This document shows, one piece after another, positions 8,933 through 20,155 of a stretch of DNA of 64,000 nt (the first letter of the stretch is position 1; each line of letters starts with the position of its first letter). The DNA lies in contig CALXCE010000005.1 of NCBI GenBank assembly GCA_944386725.1, positions 10,331 through 74,330 on the forward strand, given 5' to 3'. This stretch comes from an uncultured Clostridia bacterium (GTDB lineage Bacteria > Bacillota > Clostridia > TANB77 > CAG-508). A program made the position numbers and the translations under genes. The notes under the pieces were generated by a model. That model was not told where the DNA came from. It saw nothing but the letters and a program-made list of their open reading frames with translations, and did not search any database.

Positions 8933-10220
8933 TTGAATAAAAAGAAAAGCAAAATAAAAAAAATACTTATTATACTAGCAGTTTTTATTATGAACGGGCT
9001 AGGGTTTATCAATGCAGTTTATGCAACACCCGAAATTGATTCAGCTTATATGTATTCAGTAGGAGATTGTGGGCAATTACTCAAATATAGAGGGGCAATC
9101 GTAATAACAGATTATGTACAGTACAGTTATAATGGGGTAGATTATCCAGCTTATTGTCTGGATAAGACAAAGGTGCGGTGCACAAGTACAACCATATAGT
9201 GTTTCTGTGAAAGAAGCTATTAAAGATGTAGGACTATGGAGAGTAATTATTAATGGATATCCTTATAAGTCCGTAGAAGAATTAGGTGTTGCTAATAAAG
9301 AAGAGGCATTTACGGCAACAAAACAAGCAGTTTATTGCTATATACATGGGAATAGACTAGAAGATTACGAAGGAATTGGAGAAGCGGGACAAAGAACGCT
9401 AAATGCTATATATAGGATTATCAATAATGCTAGCAATTCTAAGGAAACAAAATTATCTAGCACGATAGAAATTAATAAACTTGATAGCGAATGGAAGCAA
9501 GATGAAATAGATACAAAATATGTATCCAAGACATATTCTGTAACAGCTAATGCTAGTATTAAAAATTATAAAATTGCTATCACAAAAGAAAATCAACAAG
9601 ATATAGATGGAATCAAGATTACGGATATGCAAAATAATGAAAAAAGCGAGTTTGCTAGCAATGAAACCTTTAAAGTATTAGTGCCAATCAAAAATATGAC
9701 AGAGACAGGAATATTCAAATTAACAGTGGAAGGTCAAGTCCAAACAAAACCTGTTTTATATGGCGTAGCACCGAATAGCGGATACCAAGATTATGCTCTA
9801 ACAGCTGCGACTTATGAAGATGGAATAGGAGAAAAAAGTGACGAATATCCAGAAAATCAAACGAAAATCATTATTATCAAACAAGATAAAGAGACAAAGG
9901 AAAAATTAAAAGGGGTAGAATTTGAATTATTAGATGAAAATAAAAATGTAGTATATTCAGACTTAAAAACAGATGAAGAAGGGAAAATTGAAATTAAAAA
10001 TTTAGTTCCTGGAAAATATTATTTAAGAGAAACAAAAGCAAAAGAAGGATATCAAGCTTATGAAGAATTAATAGAATTGCAAGTTACTTTACATGAGCAA
10101 TATACTATAACGGTGAATAATAACGCAGAAGAGAAACCAAAAATAGAAATAGAGGAAAATGAAAAAAGCAAAGAACTAAGTTCAGCAACTATAAAAAAAT
10201 TGCCAGTTACTGGTATGTAA
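8933..10220 (+). CDS. Thioester-domain (TED) plus Cna-B/SpaA-fold surface adhesin with LPVTG; needs a +1 shift at CGG 9176-9178
   Basis: Signal peptide; AYCLDK (thioester Cys) and TKQAVYCY (TQxA-like Gln motif); Cna-B-like KIIIIKQDKETKEKLKGVEFEL...GKYYLRETKAKEGY; C-terminal LPVTG. The two tracked ORFs (8933-9199, 9207-10220) join if the C of CGG at 9176 is skipped. Stop comes 1 codon after LPVTG. Confidence 0.6.
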
Positions 10221-10332
10221 AAAAAGAAGGGAATGAAGTTAAAATCATTCTCTTTTTTTGCAAACTTATTGAAAAAAAAGCAAAAAACGGATATAATAAA
10301 TACGACATAAAAAATAAAGGAGTAGATAATAA

Positions 10333-11643
10333 ATGATATCACAATTCATCATGTTAGTCATATTAATTGCACTAAATGCCTTTTTTGCGGCAGCAGAAAT
10401 AGCATTTATATCTTTAAATGACGCAAGGATAGAAAAACAGGCAAAAGAAGGAAACAAAAAAGCAAAACAAATTGAAAAAATGATAAAATCCCCAAGCAAA
10501 TTTTTAGCTACCATACAAATCGGAATTACCTTAGCAGGATTTTTATCCAGTGCTTTTGCATCAGATGCCTTTGCAGAAAGATTAGCTCCATTATTATATG
10601 AATTAATGCCATTCATTAGTCTTGGCATATGGAAAAGCATTTCTATTATCATTATAACGATTATATTATCCTTCTTCACATTGGTATTTGGAGAACTAGT
10701 ACCAAAAAGACTTGCCATGAAAAACTATGAAAAAATATCTTTTGCTACGATAGGGGTCATTAGAGTTATTTCAGTAATAGCTTCACCATTTGTTAAATTT
10801 TTGACAGTAGTAACTAATAGCGTATCTAGACTATTTGGCGTAGGAGAAAATGAAGAAGAAGCTGTTACTGAAGAAGAAATCAAAATGATGCTAGACCAGG
10901 GAGAAGAAAAAGGAACCATTAAAGAAGAAGAAAAAGAATTAATTAATAATGTATTTGAATTTAATGATATAACTGTGTCTGAAATTATGAGACATAGAAA
11001 AGATATTTTTGCAGTAGATATTAATATTAGCAATGAAGAATTATTACAAGAGCTTTCTAAAGAAGAATACCGTTATAGTAGAATTCCAGTTTATGATGAA
11101 ACCATTGACGAGATTAAAGGTATTTTATATGTAAAAGATGTTTTAAAAAATATCAATAAAAAAACGTTTAAAGTAAAAAACGTAGTAAAAGATGCTTACT
11201 TTGTATCTGAAAACAGATTAATCAATGAAGTGTTTAAAGAATTACAAAAAAATAAAAAGCAAATTGCTATCATCGTTGATGAATATGGGGGAACCGCTGG
11301 ATTAATTACAATGGAGGATATATTAGAAGAATTGGTAGGAGACATTTATGATGAATACGATAAAGAAGAAAAAGAATATGACAAGATAGATCAAAACACT
11401 TATTTATTAAGTGGAAGCATGACCATTTATGATGTTAATAAATTATTAGATGCAAAAATACCAGAAGGAGACTATGATACCATTTCAGGGTATTTGTTAG
11501 AAAAATTAGGAAGAATTCCAGAAGAGGAAGAATTACCTATAATAGATACAGAAAAGGTTACTTATAAAATAGAAGAATATGAGGATAAGAGAATTCTAAA
11601 AGTGAAGGCTTGCAAAAATAATATAGAAGAAATCGAGGAGTAA
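10333..11643 (+). CDS. CNNM/TlyC-family membrane protein (DUF21-CBS pair-CorC_HlyC)
   Basis: 436 aa: N-terminal 4-TM DUF21, CBS pair region, C-terminal CorC/HlyC-like domain (ITMEDILEELVGDIYDEYD). Confidence 0.85.
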   Translation: MISQFIMLVILIALNAFFAAAEIAFISLNDARIEKQAKEGNKKAKQIEKMIKSPSKFLATIQIGITLAGFLSSAFASDAFAERLAPLLYELMPFISLGIWKSISIIIITIILSFFTLVFGELVPKRLAMKNYEKISFATIGVIRVISVIASPFVKFLTVVTNSVSRLFGVGENEEEAVTEEEIKMMLDQGEEKGTIKEEEKELINNVFEFNDITVSEIMRHRKDIFAVDINISNEELLQELSKEEYRYSRIPVYDETIDEIKGILYVKDVLKNINKKTFKVKNVVKDAYFVSENRLINEVFKELQKNKKQIAIIVDEYGGTAGLITMEDILEELVGDIYDEYDKEEKEYDKIDQNTYLLSGSMTIYDVNKLLDAKIPEGDYDTISGYLLEKLGRIPEEEELPIIDTEKVTYKIEEYEDKRILKVKACKNNIEEIEE

Positions 11644-11646
11644 AAA

Positions 11647-13377
11647 ATGAAAAGAAAATATGTAATAATGATAATAGCCATATTAATTTTAATAGCCATA
11701 GCCTCCATAGTTATTTATAACATTATTGTTGAAAATGGAAAAAACTATGAAATAGAAGAAGTAAAGCAATATAATTATTTTGTTTTGAAACAAAATGATT
11801 TATATGGTGTCATTGACAAAAAAGGGAATACCATTATAGACCCGGAATATAGTGAAATAAAAATACCAAATCCAGAAAAGGGGATTTTTGTATGTTATCA
11901 AGAGGATACCACGAAAGTTTTAAATGAAAGAAAAGAAGAAATATTAATACAATATAATAATATTGAGCCAATTCGCCTAAAAAATATTGCAAGCAACTTA
12001 ATGTATGAAAAAAGTATACTTAAATATGGCAAAGATGGAAAATATGGCTTAATTGATTTTAAAGGAAATGAGATAACAAAGCCTATTTATGATGAGATAG
12101 ATAGTTTGCCCTATAAAGAGGGAGAATTATTAGTAAAACAAGAGGGAAAATATGGTGTTATCAATATCAAAGGAAATAAAATAGTAGAAATTGAATATGA
12201 TAAAATTGCAGTTGATGAATATTATACGGATGAAAATCGTTATCAATATGCAGGATATATTGTGTCTATTACAACAGAGGAAGGTTATCGTTATGGTTAT
12301 CTAAATTATAAAGGAAAAGAAATTTTAAAAACGGAATATAATGATATTGCAAGAGTAACAGAAATTAAAGATGATGAGAATAGCTATCTAATTTGTGCAA
12401 AAAATGGGCAATATGGGATTACTAAAAACAAAGATACAATAGTAGAAAATGAATATCAATCAATTCGATATGATGCTACAAACGAAGTATTTGTGGTTGA
12501 AAAAAGCAAAAAATATGGGATAGCCAATCTGGAAGGAACATTAATTGTTCCCGTACAATATAATCAAATAGATATTACTGGGATTTATTTATATGCACAA
12601 AATGAGCAAGGAATTACTGTATACAACAGTAATGGAACACAGGCTAATATTAATTCAAATGTATCTATCTTAAATACTAGTAATGAAAAATATAAAATTA
12701 GAATTAATAATGAAAATGGAACAAAATATGGAGTGATTAATCAAGAAGGAAAGCAATTGATTGAAGAAAAATATAACTATATTGAATATTTGTATGATAA
12801 TTATTTTATTGTAAGCAATGAAAATGGAAAGTTAGGAATTATAGATGATAAAGACACCATAAAAATAGAAATTAATAATGATTCTTTACAAAAAATTCAA
12901 GATACAGATTTGATACAAACTACATTAGCAGAGAGCAAAACAACGCAAATTTATGCAAAAGCGATGGAAAAAATTTGTGAAATGCAAAATGCTACTGTTG
13001 AAGTAGAAGATGATTATATCAAAATATATAATGAAACAGAGGTAAAGTATTTTAGTAAAGATGGAAAAGAACTAAAGAATACTCAGGTATATTCAAGCAA
13101 CAAATTATTTGTTAAGGTAGAAAATGAAAAATATGGATTTGTTGATATCAATGGAAATCTAGTTATTGATTATCAGTATGATAAGGCTTATGAGTTTAAT
13201 TCTTATGGATTTGCAGCAGTGAAAAAAGATGGAAAATGGGGTGCTATGAATGAGCAAGGAGAAGAAGTGATAGCTCCGACTTATGAATTTAATGAGCAAA
13301 GTGAACCATCTTTTATAGGAAAATATTATCGAGTAATTTATGGACTAGGAGAGTTTTATTATACAGATACTAAATAA
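11647..13377 (+). CDS. Membrane-anchored WG-repeat (KWG) protein
   Basis: N-terminal TM helix, then many repeats of the KYG(L/V)I(D/N)xKGNxI(I/V)xPxYD type. Confidence 0.7.
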   Translation: MKRKYVIMIIAILILIAIASIVIYNIIVENGKNYEIEEVKQYNYFVLKQNDLYGVIDKKGNTIIDPEYSEIKIPNPEKGIFVCYQEDTTKVLNERKEEILIQYNNIEPIRLKNIASNLMYEKSILKYGKDGKYGLIDFKGNEITKPIYDEIDSLPYKEGELLVKQEGKYGVINIKGNKIVEIEYDKIAVDEYYTDENRYQYAGYIVSITTEEGYRYGYLNYKGKEILKTEYNDIARVTEIKDDENSYLICAKNGQYGITKNKDTIVENEYQSIRYDATNEVFVVEKSKKYGIANLEGTLIVPVQYNQIDITGIYLYAQNEQGITVYNSNGTQANINSNVSILNTSNEKYKIRINNENGTKYGVINQEGKQLIEEKYNYIEYLYDNYFIVSNENGKLGIIDDKDTIKIEINNDSLQKIQDTDLIQTTLAESKTTQIYAKAMEKICEMQNATVEVEDDYIKIYNETEVKYFSKDGKELKNTQVYSSNKLFVKVENEKYGFVDINGNLVIDYQYDKAYEFNSYGFAAVKKDGKWGAMNEQGEEVIAPTYEFNEQSEPSFIGKYYRVIYGLGEFYYTDTK

Positions 13378-13459
13378 AAATATTATATTAGCACTTTCTT
13401 GTTTAAATTCATATTATTAGTAAATACTATTAAGAGATTTTAGCAAAGAAGGTGTTAAT

Positions 13460-14311
13460 TTGAAGTTAGGAATAGCTTTATCTGGTGGAGGAATTAGGGG
13501 AATTGCACATGCAGGAGTTTTAAAGGCATTAGAAGATAATGGAATAAAAATAGATATTATAGGAGGTACTAGTTCAGGAAGTCTAGTAGCTTCTTTATAT
13601 GCCATGGGCTATTCTCCCTATTATATTTATATACTATTTAAAAGATATGCAAAAGATATTGTGGAAATTAATTCATTGCCTATTGTATCTGGGATAGGAA
13701 ATTTTATGATGAATAAAAAAGTATGTATATCAGGATTGAAGACGGGAGAAACAATAGAAAGAGCGTATGATAATTTAGCAAAAAGGAGAGGAATAAAAAA
13801 GTTAAAAGACATTACAAAAATGCCTTTAGTAATTCCTACTGTAGATGTCAAACTTTCGAAAGAATTTGTTTTTACAAACCAAATACCAGAAAATTGTGAA
13901 GAAGAAACCTCATATATTACAGATATATCAGTAGGAAAAGCTGTAAGAGCAAGTAGTAGTTTTCCAGCTGTATTTTGCCCTTGTGATTTCAAAACACACA
14001 AGTTTTTAGATGGAGGAGTATTAGATAATATTCCAGTATTAGAAGTAAAAAAGCAAGGAGCAGAAAAAGTAATTGCTGTTAATTTTAAAGCTGATGATGT
14101 AGATGAAAACAGTAATATGATGGATATTGCTATGAGAACTATTGATATTATGGGAAACAAGATTTCAGAGGAAAGTTTAAGACAAAGTGATTTTGTACTA
14201 ACAATTTCAACGGATAAAACTGGTCTTTTAGATATAGGTAAACTAGACAAGTGTTATCAATATGGATATCAAGCAACAATACAAAATTTAGATAAAATTA
14301 AAGAAATATAG
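13460..14311 (+). CDS. Patatin-like phospholipase
   Basis: GGGIRGIAHAGVLKAL oxyanion motif, GTSSGS nucleophile elbow, DGG catalytic Asp motif. TTG start after AGAAGGTG. Confidence 0.85.
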   Translation: MKLGIALSGGGIRGIAHAGVLKALEDNGIKIDIIGGTSSGSLVASLYAMGYSPYYIYILFKRYAKDIVEINSLPIVSGIGNFMMNKKVCISGLKTGETIERAYDNLAKRRGIKKLKDITKMPLVIPTVDVKLSKEFVFTNQIPENCEEETSYITDISVGKAVRASSSFPAVFCPCDFKTHKFLDGGVLDNIPVLEVKKQGAEKVIAVNFKADDVDENSNMMDIAMRTIDIMGNKISEESLRQSDFVLTISTDKTGLLDIGKLDKCYQYGYQATIQNLDKIKEI

Positions 14312-14362
14312 TTTATCATTTTGAATATAATATATCGAAAGACGAAAGGAATGATCATTACA

Positions 14363-15502
14363 ATGCAAATTAAATATTTTGACAATGCGGCTACAACAAG
14401 AGTGAAAAAAGAAGTATTGGAAGAAATGTTACCCTATTTTAATGAAAAGTACGGAAATCCATCCTCTCTTTACAGTATAGGGAGAGTTTCCAAAAAAGCA
14501 ATAGAAGAATCCAGAAAAAAAGTGGCAAATCTCATTAATTGTAATCCAAATGAAATTTATTTCACAGGATGTGGATCAGAAAGTGACAATACCATCATCA
14601 AAGGAATTGCCAATACGTATCGAAAAAAGGGAAGGCATATTATTACTTCGCAAATAGAACATCCAGCTGTACTTCATACATGCCAAGCACTGGAAAAACA
14701 AGGGTTTGAAGTAACGTATTTAAAGGTAAATAAAGAGGGTTTTATTAATATAGAAGAATTAAGAAATTCCATTCGAAATGATACAATATTAATTAGCATC
14801 ATGTTTGCTAACAATGAAATAGGTAGCATTCAACCAATTGAAATGATTTCCAAGATTGCAAGAATGTATAATATTGTATTTCATACCGATGCCGTTCAAG
14901 CTTGTGGAAATATTCCAATAGATGTAAAAAGAATGGGGATTGATAGTTTATCTCTATCAGGACATAAATTATATGCACCAAAAGGAATAGGAGCTTTATA
15001 TGTAAGAAATGGTATAGAATTTGAAAAATTTATGGATGGAGGACATCAAGAAAAAAATAAAAGAGCTGGTACAGAAAACGTAGCAGGAATTGTTGGATTA
15101 GGAAAAGCCTGTGAACTAGCTAATATCCATTTAAAAGAGCATATGCAACATTTGAAAGAGTTGCGAGATTATTTCATATTACAAGTGGAAGAAAAAATAG
15201 AAGGAGCAGTATTAAATGGAGGGATAGAAAATCGATTACCAGGAAATGCAAATTTCGCATTTCCGTCAGTAGATGGGGAAGCATTGTTATTGAATTTGGA
15301 TGCAAAAGGAATCTGTGCATCAGCAGGATCTGCATGTACTTCTGGCTCATCAGCTCCATCGCATGTTTTATCTAGCATAGGATTATCGGATGAACTTGCA
15401 CGTAGTTCTTTAAGAGTAACTTTTGGAGAGGATAACACTAAGGAGGATGTAGATTATTTGGTGGAAAACTTATGTGAAATTGTGCAGAAGCTTAGGAAGT
15501 AA
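14363..15502 (+). CDS. nifS: Cysteine desulfurase (NifS/IscS class V aminotransferase)
   Basis: YFDNAATT N-terminus, SGHKLYAPKG PLP-lysine motif, SAGSACTSG active-site Cys loop. Start trimmed to ATG 14363. Confidence 0.9.
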   Translation: MQIKYFDNAATTRVKKEVLEEMLPYFNEKYGNPSSLYSIGRVSKKAIEESRKKVANLINCNPNEIYFTGCGSESDNTIIKGIANTYRKKGRHIITSQIEHPAVLHTCQALEKQGFEVTYLKVNKEGFINIEELRNSIRNDTILISIMFANNEIGSIQPIEMISKIARMYNIVFHTDAVQACGNIPIDVKRMGIDSLSLSGHKLYAPKGIGALYVRNGIEFEKFMDGGHQEKNKRAGTENVAGIVGLGKACELANIHLKEHMQHLKELRDYFILQVEEKIEGAVLNGGIENRLPGNANFAFPSVDGEALLLNLDAKGICASAGSACTSGSSAPSHVLSSIGLSDELARSSLRVTFGEDNTKEDVDYLVENLCEIVQKLRK

Positions 15503-15515
15503 TTATTTCTTTAAT

Positions 15516-17084
15516 TTAATTATTTTCAAGTAAGCTAATGGCACATTTGATACCATCTACGGCAGCTGACATGATACCACCTGCATAACCGGCCCCCTCG
15601 CCACAAGGATAAATACCAGAAATGTTAGAGATTAGCTTTTCATTTCTAAGGATTTTGACCGGAGATGAACTTCTTGTTTCGAGTCCTGTTAAAATGCTAT
15701 CAGGATTAGAAAAACCATGAAGTTTCGTATCAAAAAACTGAATTCCTTGTTTTAGGGTATCAGACACGAAGGTAGGTAATATTCCATTTAGATTAGATAA
15801 TGTAAATCCAGGCTGATAGGTAGGTTTTACTTCACCTATTTGCTTGGTTTTTTGATTTTTCAAAAAGTCTTCTAATCTTTGAACTGGCGCAAAGTAATTA
15901 GAACCCCCAAGAACAAAAGCTTTTTCTTCTAAATCTTTTTGAAAATGAATACCAGCTAAAGGAGAAGTGGTTTCAAAATCTTTTGGCGTTATATTGACTA
16001 AAAGAGCAGAATTAGCATTTTTTCCGTTTCTTAAAAAATTGCTCATACCGTTGGTTACAATGGTATTAGATTCACTAGAAGAAGCCATAACAACACCACC
16101 AGGGCACATACAAAAAGTATAACAAGAGCGACCATTGTCAGCGTGATAAGCCAGTTTATATTCTGCTGGTGGTAAATTTAACTTTGTAATTGTACCATAT
16201 TGAGCTTGATTAATCCATTTTTGTAAATGTTCTATACGAACACCAACAGAGAAATTTTTTGCTTCCATCGTAATACCTTTATGGTAAAGCGTTTCAAAAG
16301 TATCCCTTGAACTATGTCCAATTGCTAAAATAACATTTTCAACTTTTAAGTCTTTTTCTAATTGGTTGTGAATGGTACGTAAACTAACAATTTGATGATT
16401 AACAACTTCAAAATCAATTACTTTGGTATCGAAAAGGAAGGTACCACCTTTTGAAATGATGTATTCTCTCATGTTTTTAATAATACGAATTAAATGATCG
16501 GTACCGATGTGAGGTTTGGAAAGGTATAATATTTGTTTTGGAGCACCGAAATGAACAAATTCTTCTAAAACTTTTCTACAAAAAGGACTATGGATATTAG
16601 TTGTTAACTTTCCATCTGAAAAGGTACCAGCTCCTCCTTCGCCAAATTGCACATTAGAAAATGTGTTAAGCTTGCCTGTTTTTAAAAAGTTGTCTACACT
16701 TTCTTTTCTTTTTTCAACAGGTTGTCCTTGTTCTATAATAATTGGCTTAATGTTATTTTGAACTAAAATAAGGCTACTAAATAGACCAGCAGGTCCAGCT
16801 CCTATAATAACAGGACGAGTTGTTGAGCTATTTTTTATTTTAATATGGGGCATTTCAAACTTTTCTACTTTTTCTAAATTTTTATATTTATTTTCGTTTT
16901 TGACCTGAATATCAATGGAATAAGTATAATGTACATCATCTTTTTTTCTGGCATCAATGGATTTTCGAGCAATATGCCAGTTTAAAATGTCATTTTTTTT
17001 AATAGCATGCTTTTTGATAGCTATTTCAAGTATTTCATCATCTGTTAAGTCTTTTCTAATTTTCATATTATTAATTCTTAACAT
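15516..17084 (-). CDS. FAD-dependent oxidoreductase (COG2509-type)
   Basis: 522 aa, dinucleotide fold VIIGAGPAGLFSS, C-terminal CGEGAGYAGGIMSAAVDG motif. Confidence 0.8.
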   Translation of the reverse strand: MLRINNMKIRKDLTDDEILEIAIKKHAIKKNDILNWHIARKSIDARKKDDVHYTYSIDIQVKNENKYKNLEKVEKFEMPHIKIKNSSTTRPVIIGAGPAGLFSSLILVQNNIKPIIIEQGQPVEKRKESVDNFLKTGKLNTFSNVQFGEGGAGTFSDGKLTTNIHSPFCRKVLEEFVHFGAPKQILYLSKPHIGTDHLIRIIKNMREYIISKGGTFLFDTKVIDFEVVNHQIVSLRTIHNQLEKDLKVENVILAIGHSSRDTFETLYHKGITMEAKNFSVGVRIEHLQKWINQAQYGTITKLNLPPAEYKLAYHADNGRSCYTFCMCPGGVVMASSSESNTIVTNGMSNFLRNGKNANSALLVNITPKDFETTSPLAGIHFQKDLEEKAFVLGGSNYFAPVQRLEDFLKNQKTKQIGEVKPTYQPGFTLSNLNGILPTFVSDTLKQGIQFFDTKLHGFSNPDSILTGLETRSSSPVKILRNEKLISNISGIYPCGEGAGYAGGIMSAAVDGIKCAISLLENN

Positions 17085-17231
17085 ATAAAACCTCCACTCT
17101 AATTATTAAAATAAATTATAGCATATAGAGAAAAAATATGCTATGATTCATAAAAATGAATATTTTATGAATTCCAAAAAAATGCTTTTATTTTCTATAC
17201 AATTAGTATATAATGTAAATAATTAAATTAA

Positions 17232-17879
17232 ATGGGGAAATATATGGGAAAAAAGATAATAAATTATATCATAAAAATATTTTGGATATTTGTCATAGGG
17301 AGTATTTTTGGTTTTTTTGCGGAGATGTTATATGCATTAGTTTATACCAGAACATTAGTAATAAGACAAGGGCTAATTTATGGACCTTTTATACAAATAT
17401 ATGGGATAGGTGCAGTAGCCTATTATCTATTAATTTCTAATATACAAGAACCCAAAAAAGCATTCTTTGCAGGAATGCTTATGGGAGGTGCGTTGGAATA
17501 TTTTTGTTCCTTTTTCCAAGAGATGTTATTTGGTACGATTTCATGGGATTATTCAAAGTTCTTTCTAAATTTAAATGGAAGAATTTGTTTATTATATTGT
17601 GTATATTGGGGAATTATTGCGATTATGTATTTGAAAATTGTTTATCCAGCACTTCAAAAAATGGAACCACTCATTCATAAAAAAAGTATTAAAATTATTA
17701 CGGTGTTTTTTATGTTATTTATGGCTTTTGATATTACAATATCTTGTATGGCAGCAAATCGCCAGCAAGAAAGACGTCAATACGTACCTGCAGACGGAAT
17801 GATAGATGAATTCTTAGATAGAACTTATCCAGACGAATTGTTAGATAGAATTTATAATAATAAGAAGGAGATAGAATAA
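17232..17879 (+). CDS. Polytopic membrane protein (PF06541-like, WDYS motif)
   Basis: Five or six predicted TM helices and a GTISWDYSKF motif. Function unknown. Confidence 0.45.
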   Translation: MGKYMGKKIINYIIKIFWIFVIGSIFGFFAEMLYALVYTRTLVIRQGLIYGPFIQIYGIGAVAYYLLISNIQEPKKAFFAGMLMGGALEYFCSFFQEMLFGTISWDYSKFFLNLNGRICLLYCVYWGIIAIMYLKIVYPALQKMEPLIHKKSIKIITVFFMLFMAFDITISCMAANRQQERRQYVPADGMIDEFLDRTYPDELLDRIYNNKKEIE

Positions 17880-17941
17880 GTTCTAATCACCTCATATTGA
17901 GAATACAATTAAACAAAAGTATTCGTATGGGGGTTTGCTTT

Positions 17942-18196
17942 ATGAAATGTATATCAATCGAAGAGCGTGCTATTAGCTTAGCACATTATATAATAGATTC
18001 AAAAGATACGGTAAGAGGAGCAGCAAAAAAATTTGGGATTAGTAAAAGTACGGTACACAAAGATGTTTCTGAAAGACTCAAGAAAATAAATCCAGGATTA
18101 GCAAAAGAAGTTAGAGTTGTTTTAGATGAGAATAAAGCGGAAAGACATATGAGAGGAGGAATGGCAACAAAATTAAAATATAGTCATCGTTCATAA
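17942..18196 (+). CDS. spoIIID: Stage III sporulation transcription factor SpoIIID
   Basis: HTH TVRGAAKKFGISKSTVHKDV and basic tail KAERHMRGGMATKLKY. GGGGG RBS 7 nt before ATG 17942. Confidence 0.9.
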   Translation: MKCISIEERAISLAHYIIDSKDTVRGAAKKFGISKSTVHKDVSERLKKINPGLAKEVRVVLDENKAERHMRGGMATKLKYSHRS

Positions 18197-18367
18197 AATA
18201 AATGTCAATTAAAGGATAAAGACACAAATTGAAAGAAGGTTCCTATTTTGAACTGTTACCCAAAAGTTAGACACTAAAAAGTAAGAGAGGTTTTTTAGAA
18301 AGCATTGTGATTATTATTGTAATGCTTTTTCTTTTTTTTGTAAAAGGCTATAATAATTGTTTTTTTC

Positions 18368-18396
18368 TTGAAAAAAGGGAAAAAAAGTAGTATAAT
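18368..18396 (+). promoter_or_regulatory. Sigma-A type promoter for purH
   Basis: TTGAAA, 17 nt, TATAAT. Confidence 0.5.
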
Positions 18397-18470
18397 AGCA
18401 ACGTGGAAATTTAAAGGGGTTGCTTGAAAATGAGTATCATTTAAACCTCAAGAAAGGAAAGAGAGTTATT

Positions 18471-20018
18471 ATGAAAGCATTAATTAGTGTATCAGACAAA
18501 ACAGGAATTGTAGAATTTGCAAAAAGATTAGAAAAACAAGGGATTGAAATCATATCAACAGGAGGAACCTACAAAAAATTAAAAGAGGAAGGAATCAATG
18601 TAATGGAAATATCAGAATTGACTGGATTTCCAGAATGTTTAGACGGAAGAGTAAAAACGCTTCATCCTATAGTACATGCAGGAATTCTTGCTAGAAGAGA
18701 TAAAGAAGAACATAGAAAGCAATTAGAAGAATTAAACATAGAAACGATTGATTTTGTCGTAGTAAATTTATATCCATTCAAACAAACTATTTTAAAAGAT
18801 GGGGTAACTTTGGAAGAAGCAGTGGAAAATATAGATATTGGAGGACCTACCATGCTTCGTAGTGCAGCTAAAAACTACCAAGATGTAACGGTTATTACGA
18901 ATCCAAAAGATTATGAAATTGTTCTAAAAGAATTAGAAGAAAATGGAGAAGTGTCAAAAGACACAAAATTTAGATTAATGCAAGCTGTATTTGAACATAC
19001 AGCAAATTATGATGCCATGATTGCTAATTACATCAAAGAGCAAAGAAAAGACGAAAGTTTACCTGAGAAATTAACGCTAACCTATGAAAAAGTACAAGAA
19101 ATGCGTTATGGAGAAAATCCACATCAAAAAGCAGCTTTATATAAAGAAATTGGAAAATGTGAAGGTTCTTTAACCACAGCAAAACAATTAAATGGGAAAG
19201 AATTATCGTTTAACAATATTAATGATACCAATGGTGCATTAGAGCTATTAAAAGAATTTGAAGAACCAACAGTTGTAGCTTGTAAACATGGAAATCCATG
19301 CGGAGTAGGTAGTAGTAGCGACATTTATGAAGCTTGGCAAAAAGCCTTTCATGCAGATAAAACCTCTATATTTGGTGGAATTGTTGTAGTAAATAGAGAA
19401 GTAAATGTAAAGATGGCACAAGAAATGAAAGAAATATTCTTAGAAGTAATCGTAGCACCATCTTTTGAACCAGAAGCATTAGAGATTTTAAAGAAAAAGA
19501 AAAATGTAAGAGTACTAGAACTTCCAAGTATTAGTACGAAACAAAAAGAAAATGCTTATGACATTAAGAAAATAAATGGAGGAGCAATTGTTCAAACGAT
19601 TGATTCAAAATTATTAGACGAATATGAAGTGGTAACAAATACAAAGCCAACACCAGAACAAATGGAAGATCTACTATTTACTTGGAAAATCGTAAAATAT
19701 GTAAAATCGAACGGAATTGCTATTGGAAAAGGAAAGCAATCTATAGGAATTGGACCCGGACAAGTAAACAGAATTTGGGCAACGAAACAAGCCATTGAAC
19801 ATAGTGAGGAATTAATAGAAAAGGGAATTACCGAAGGTAGTGTTCTAGCATCTGATGCATTCTTTCCATTTTCTGATTGCGTAGAAGAGGCACATAAAGC
19901 TGGAATTAAAGCAATTATCCAACCAGGAGGGTCTATTAAAGATCAAGATTCTATTGATAAATGTAATGAGTATGGAATTGCTATGGTGTTTACAAAAATG
20001 AGACATTTTAGACATTAA
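18471..20018 (+). CDS. purH: Bifunctional AICAR transformylase / IMP cyclohydrolase
   Basis: [18 protein letters not shown] (MGS-like IMPCH domain), GRVKTLHP, and AICARFT domain through FTKMRHFRH. Confidence 0.95.
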   Translation: MKALISVSDKTGIVEFAKRLEKQGIEIISTGGTYKKLKEEGINVMEISELTGFPECLDGRVKTLHPIVHAGILARRDKEEHRKQLEELNIETIDFVVVNLYPFKQTILKDGVTLEEAVENIDIGGPTMLRSAAKNYQDVTVITNPKDYEIVLKELEENGEVSKDTKFRLMQAVFEHTANYDAMIANYIKEQRKDESLPEKLTLTYEKVQEMRYGENPHQKAALYKEIGKCEGSLTTAKQLNGKELSFNNINDTNGALELLKEFEEPTVVACKHGNPCGVGSSSDIYEAWQKAFHADKTSIFGGIVVVNREVNVKMAQEMKEIFLEVIVAPSFEPEALEILKKKKNVRVLELPSISTKQKENAYDIKKINGGAIVQTIDSKLLDEYEVVTNTKPTPEQMEDLLFTWKIVKYVKSNGIAIGKGKQSIGIGPGQVNRIWATKQAIEHSEELIEKGITEGSVLASDAFFPFSDCVEEAHKAGIKAIIQPGGSIKDQDSIDKCNEYGIAMVFTKMRHFRH

Positions 20019-20035
20019 TATTAATTTCATAATAC

Positions 20036-20070
20036 AAAAAAACAAGTCAAATTTATGACTTGTTTTTTTG
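20036..20070 (+). terminator. Intrinsic terminator after purH
   Basis: AAAACAAGTCA-aattta-TGACTTGTTTT plus a T-run. Confidence 0.75.
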
Positions 20071-20155
20071 TATCATAGAAAGTGAAATAAAGAACCAATC
20101 ACAACTCGACAAAATATGACATAGAATATAATAGCTCAAATTCAGGGGTGATAGA

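Noticed and set aside
18197-18470. ZTP (pfl) or purine riboswitch upstream of purH.
   Set aside because: I found only a promoter and a short gcaac...gttgc hairpin. None of the conserved ZTP or purine-riboswitch core sequences were recognisable by eye. A covariance-model scan is still worthwhile.
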